Positions 35,179 through 36,786 of a stretch of DNA of 36,786 nucleotides are shown one piece after another. A program made the translations under genes and the position numbers. Each line of letters starts with the position of its first letter. Position 1 is the stretch's first letter. Location: positions 1-36,786 of the forward strand of contig DATHJP010000082.1 of the NCBI GenBank assembly GCA_035489695.1. Reading direction: 5' to 3'. The stretch comes from Terriglobales bacterium. GTDB taxonomy: Bacteria; Acidobacteriota; Terriglobia; Terriglobales; Acidobacteriaceae. Under the pieces are notes generated by a model, which searched no databases, had not been told where the DNA came from, and saw nothing but the letters and a program-made list of their open reading frames with translations.

Positions 35179-36096
35179 ATGCTCCGCTACCTCTCCCTTC
35201 GCCTGCTGTACACGTTACCGGTTGTCTGGCTTGTAGTCTCCCTGGTTTTCCTGTTAATTCATCTGGTCCCCGGCGATCCCATCCTGCAGATGCTAGGCGA
35301 AAGTGCTCCAGCGACAGACATACAAGCCGCCAGGCATCAATACGGACTGGACGTCCCGCTTGGCCAGCAATACCTCCACTACTGGAAAGGCGTGCTGCAC
35401 GGCGATCTCGGCCCCTCGGTCCGCTTCAACCAGAGCGTCACCAGCCTGATCGCACAGCGCTATCCATATACTCTGCAGTTGACGCTCGCGGCGCTGCTCG
35501 TTGCAATTCTGCTTTCCGTTCCTGCGGGCGTCCGCTCCGCGCGCCGCCGCGATCGATGGGATGATCGTCTGCTCAGCGTAGTCAGCCTCTTCGGCCTTTC
35601 CTTTCCAAACTTCGCCCTCGGTCCGATATTAATTTTATTTTTCGCCATCAATCTCGGCCTCCTTCCCGTATCCGGCTCCGGAACTTTCGCCCACCTGGTC
35701 CTTCCCGCCATCACCATGGGCGGCGCTTTGGCTGCGATCCTCACCCGCATGGTGCGCACCTCGATGCTGGAAGAACTGGGCCAGGACTACGTCCGCACCG
35801 CGCGCGCCAAAGGACTTTCAGAGGGAACCGTCGTCTACCGCCACGCCTTGCGCAACGCCATGATCCCCGTCATCACCGTCCTCGGCCTGCAATTCGGAGC
35901 ACTGCTCGCAGGCGCGATTGTCACCGAGACGATTTTTTCCTGGCCCGGCATCGGGCGTCTGACCATCCAAGCCATCGGCAATCGTGACTATTACCTGGTA
36001 CAAGGCTGCATCTTGGCCATTGGGCTGACTTATGTCGCAGTGAATTTTCTGACAGATTTGTTGTACTCGGTGGCGAATCCGAGGATACGGCAATGA
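35179..36096 (+). CDS. ABC transporter permease, DppB/OppB type (binding-protein-dependent transport inner membrane component)
   Basis: 305 aa. The N-terminus MLRYLSLRLLYTLPVVWLVVSLVFLLIHLVPGDP and the EAA-loop region YVRTARAKGLSEGTVVYRHALRNAM are typical. Confidence 0.85.
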   Translation: MLRYLSLRLLYTLPVVWLVVSLVFLLIHLVPGDPILQMLGESAPATDIQAARHQYGLDVPLGQQYLHYWKGVLHGDLGPSVRFNQSVTSLIAQRYPYTLQLTLAALLVAILLSVPAGVRSARRRDRWDDRLLSVVSLFGLSFPNFALGPILILFFAINLGLLPVSGSGTFAHLVLPAITMGGALAAILTRMVRTSMLEELGQDYVRTARAKGLSEGTVVYRHALRNAMIPVITVLGLQFGALLAGAIVTETIFSWPGIGRLTIQAIGNRDYYLVQGCILAIGLTYVAVNFLTDLLYSVANPRIRQ

Positions 36097-36221
36097 ACGT
36101 CGCAGCAGGTCTTGCGCTAGAATCTTTACCCGTCTCAGCCCGAGGATTGCCTTCCCTTAGCCGATCAGCGCGTTTAGTGAACGCGTGTGTGACGCACGCC
36201 GCCACCTGTTGGGCCAGAGGG

Positions 36222-36361
36222 GTTAGAGAACCTCAAACCAACCTGTAAACTGAGAACCGAGAACGATGAACTGACAACTGATTTGATGTCTCGACACCTA
36301 ACACCCTGATACCTGTCCCCTGACCGACACTCGACAACCGACAACTGACCACTGATTAATG
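36222..36361 (+). repeat. heptad array H: ...CTGTAAA CTGAGAA CCGAGAA CGATGAA CTGACAA CTGATTT ... ACAACTG ACCACTG
   Basis: About 20 heptads in one register. Positions 36250-36290 are about 80 percent identical to 35040-35080. Confidence 0.85.
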
Positions 36362-36403
36362 CCCCCTTCCTCCTCGCTCGAGCATTGTCGAGCGCTGGGG
36401 GGG

Positions 36404-36432
36404 TTGACAAGTGTTAAGCTACAGGCTACACT
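36404..36432 (+). promoter_or_regulatory. near-consensus sigma70 promoter for higBA
   Basis: TTGACA (36404-36409), then 17 nt, then TACACT (36427-36432). Confidence 0.5.
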
Positions 36433-36439
36433 TTCCCAG

Positions 36440-36730
36440 TTGAGGATACGCAACTTCACTCATAAGGGTCTGAAAAGGCTCTATGCGGAAGACAGCGTCA
36501 AAGGCATTCCGCCCGATTCGGCGGATAAGCTGCGTAAGATGTTGGCCTTTCTCGACGACATGCAAGAAGCGGAGGAAGTGCGTTCGCTTCCCGCGTGGAA
36601 GGCGCACACGCTGACCGGTGACCGCAAGGGCACATGGAGCCTCAGCGTGACCCGCAACCGCCGTTTAACGTTCCACATCGACGCCACAGAGGGTGAAATC
36701 TGCGACGTTGATCTGGAAGACTGCAACTAG
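36440..36730 (+). CDS. higB: type II toxin HigB (plasmid maintenance system killer, RelE/ParE superfamily)
   Basis: (M)RIRNFTHKGLKRLY...LTGDRKGTWSLSVTRNRRLTF matches the HigB killer-protein pattern. I prefer the TTG at 36440 because the listed ORF start 36359 lies upstream of the promoter. The start codon is uncertain. Confidence 0.75.
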   Translation: MRIRNFTHKGLKRLYAEDSVKGIPPDSADKLRKMLAFLDDMQEAEEVRSLPAWKAHTLTGDRKGTWSLSVTRNRRLTFHIDATEGEICDVDLEDCN

Positions 36731-36749
36731 CACAGAAGGAGCAAACGCC

Positions 36750-36786
36750 ATGCCTATGAAGAACCCGCCCCATCCTGGAGCTTTTT
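36750..36786 (+). CDS. higA: HigA antitoxin (HTH, Xre family), N-terminal fragment; continues beyond the window
   Basis: An AAGGAG SD precedes the ATG at 36750. MPMKNPPHPGAF is the characteristic HigA/VapI N-terminus. It lies 19 nt after higB. Confidence 0.6.
   Translation, partial: MPMKNPPHPGAF

Noticed and set aside
36359-36439. Longer HigB start (listed ORF 36359..36730).
   Set aside because: The extra 27 codons would begin inside heptad array H and upstream of the near-consensus promoter. HigB family proteins normally begin at the M-I/R-R-S/N-F-x-H-K-G-L motif.

Overview
Chromosomal window from a moderately GC-rich Gram-negative bacterium, shown by LptE, MacA/MacB-type envelope genes and a type IV pilus motor. 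The orphan MacB-type permeases make Acidobacteriota a plausible source, but this is unverified. I support about 34 protein genes and find no rRNA, tRNA, CRISPR, transposase or integrase. The left two thirds are housekeeping: tsaB-rimI; a translationally coupled psd-pssA-(Asd-like)-lptE-holA block; an arylamine N-acetyltransferase; rpsT; a Ycf46-like AAA+ ATPase; phoH; ybeY-CNNM/CorC-like-era; an orphan RsbW-like kinase; an NtrY/NtrX-like two-component pair; an HhH-GPD glycosylase; and pilB-pilT-pilC-pilS-pilR. The right third is accessory: a TPR protein, a Trp-rich small ORF, a DUF62 SAM-cleaving enzyme, a second CNNM protein, a lone DppB-type permease, higBA, and an ATPase-less operon (MacA-like adaptor, MacB-type permease, two DUF4097/toastrack proteins, second permease). 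The most unusual signal is non-coding. At least ten intergenic spacers consist of degenerate tandem heptanucleotides (flavours NNGAAAC, CTGAGAA/CTGACAA, CTGRCCA). They run from stop codons up to start codons, share longer identical strings between loci, are often dense in stop codons in all frames, and have the same strand polarity at every locus regardless of gene orientation. One copy forms a roughly 35-bp inverted repeat inside the MacB/toastrack operon. I know of no described element class with this architecture. All functional calls rest on motif recognition by eye, since no searches were run.
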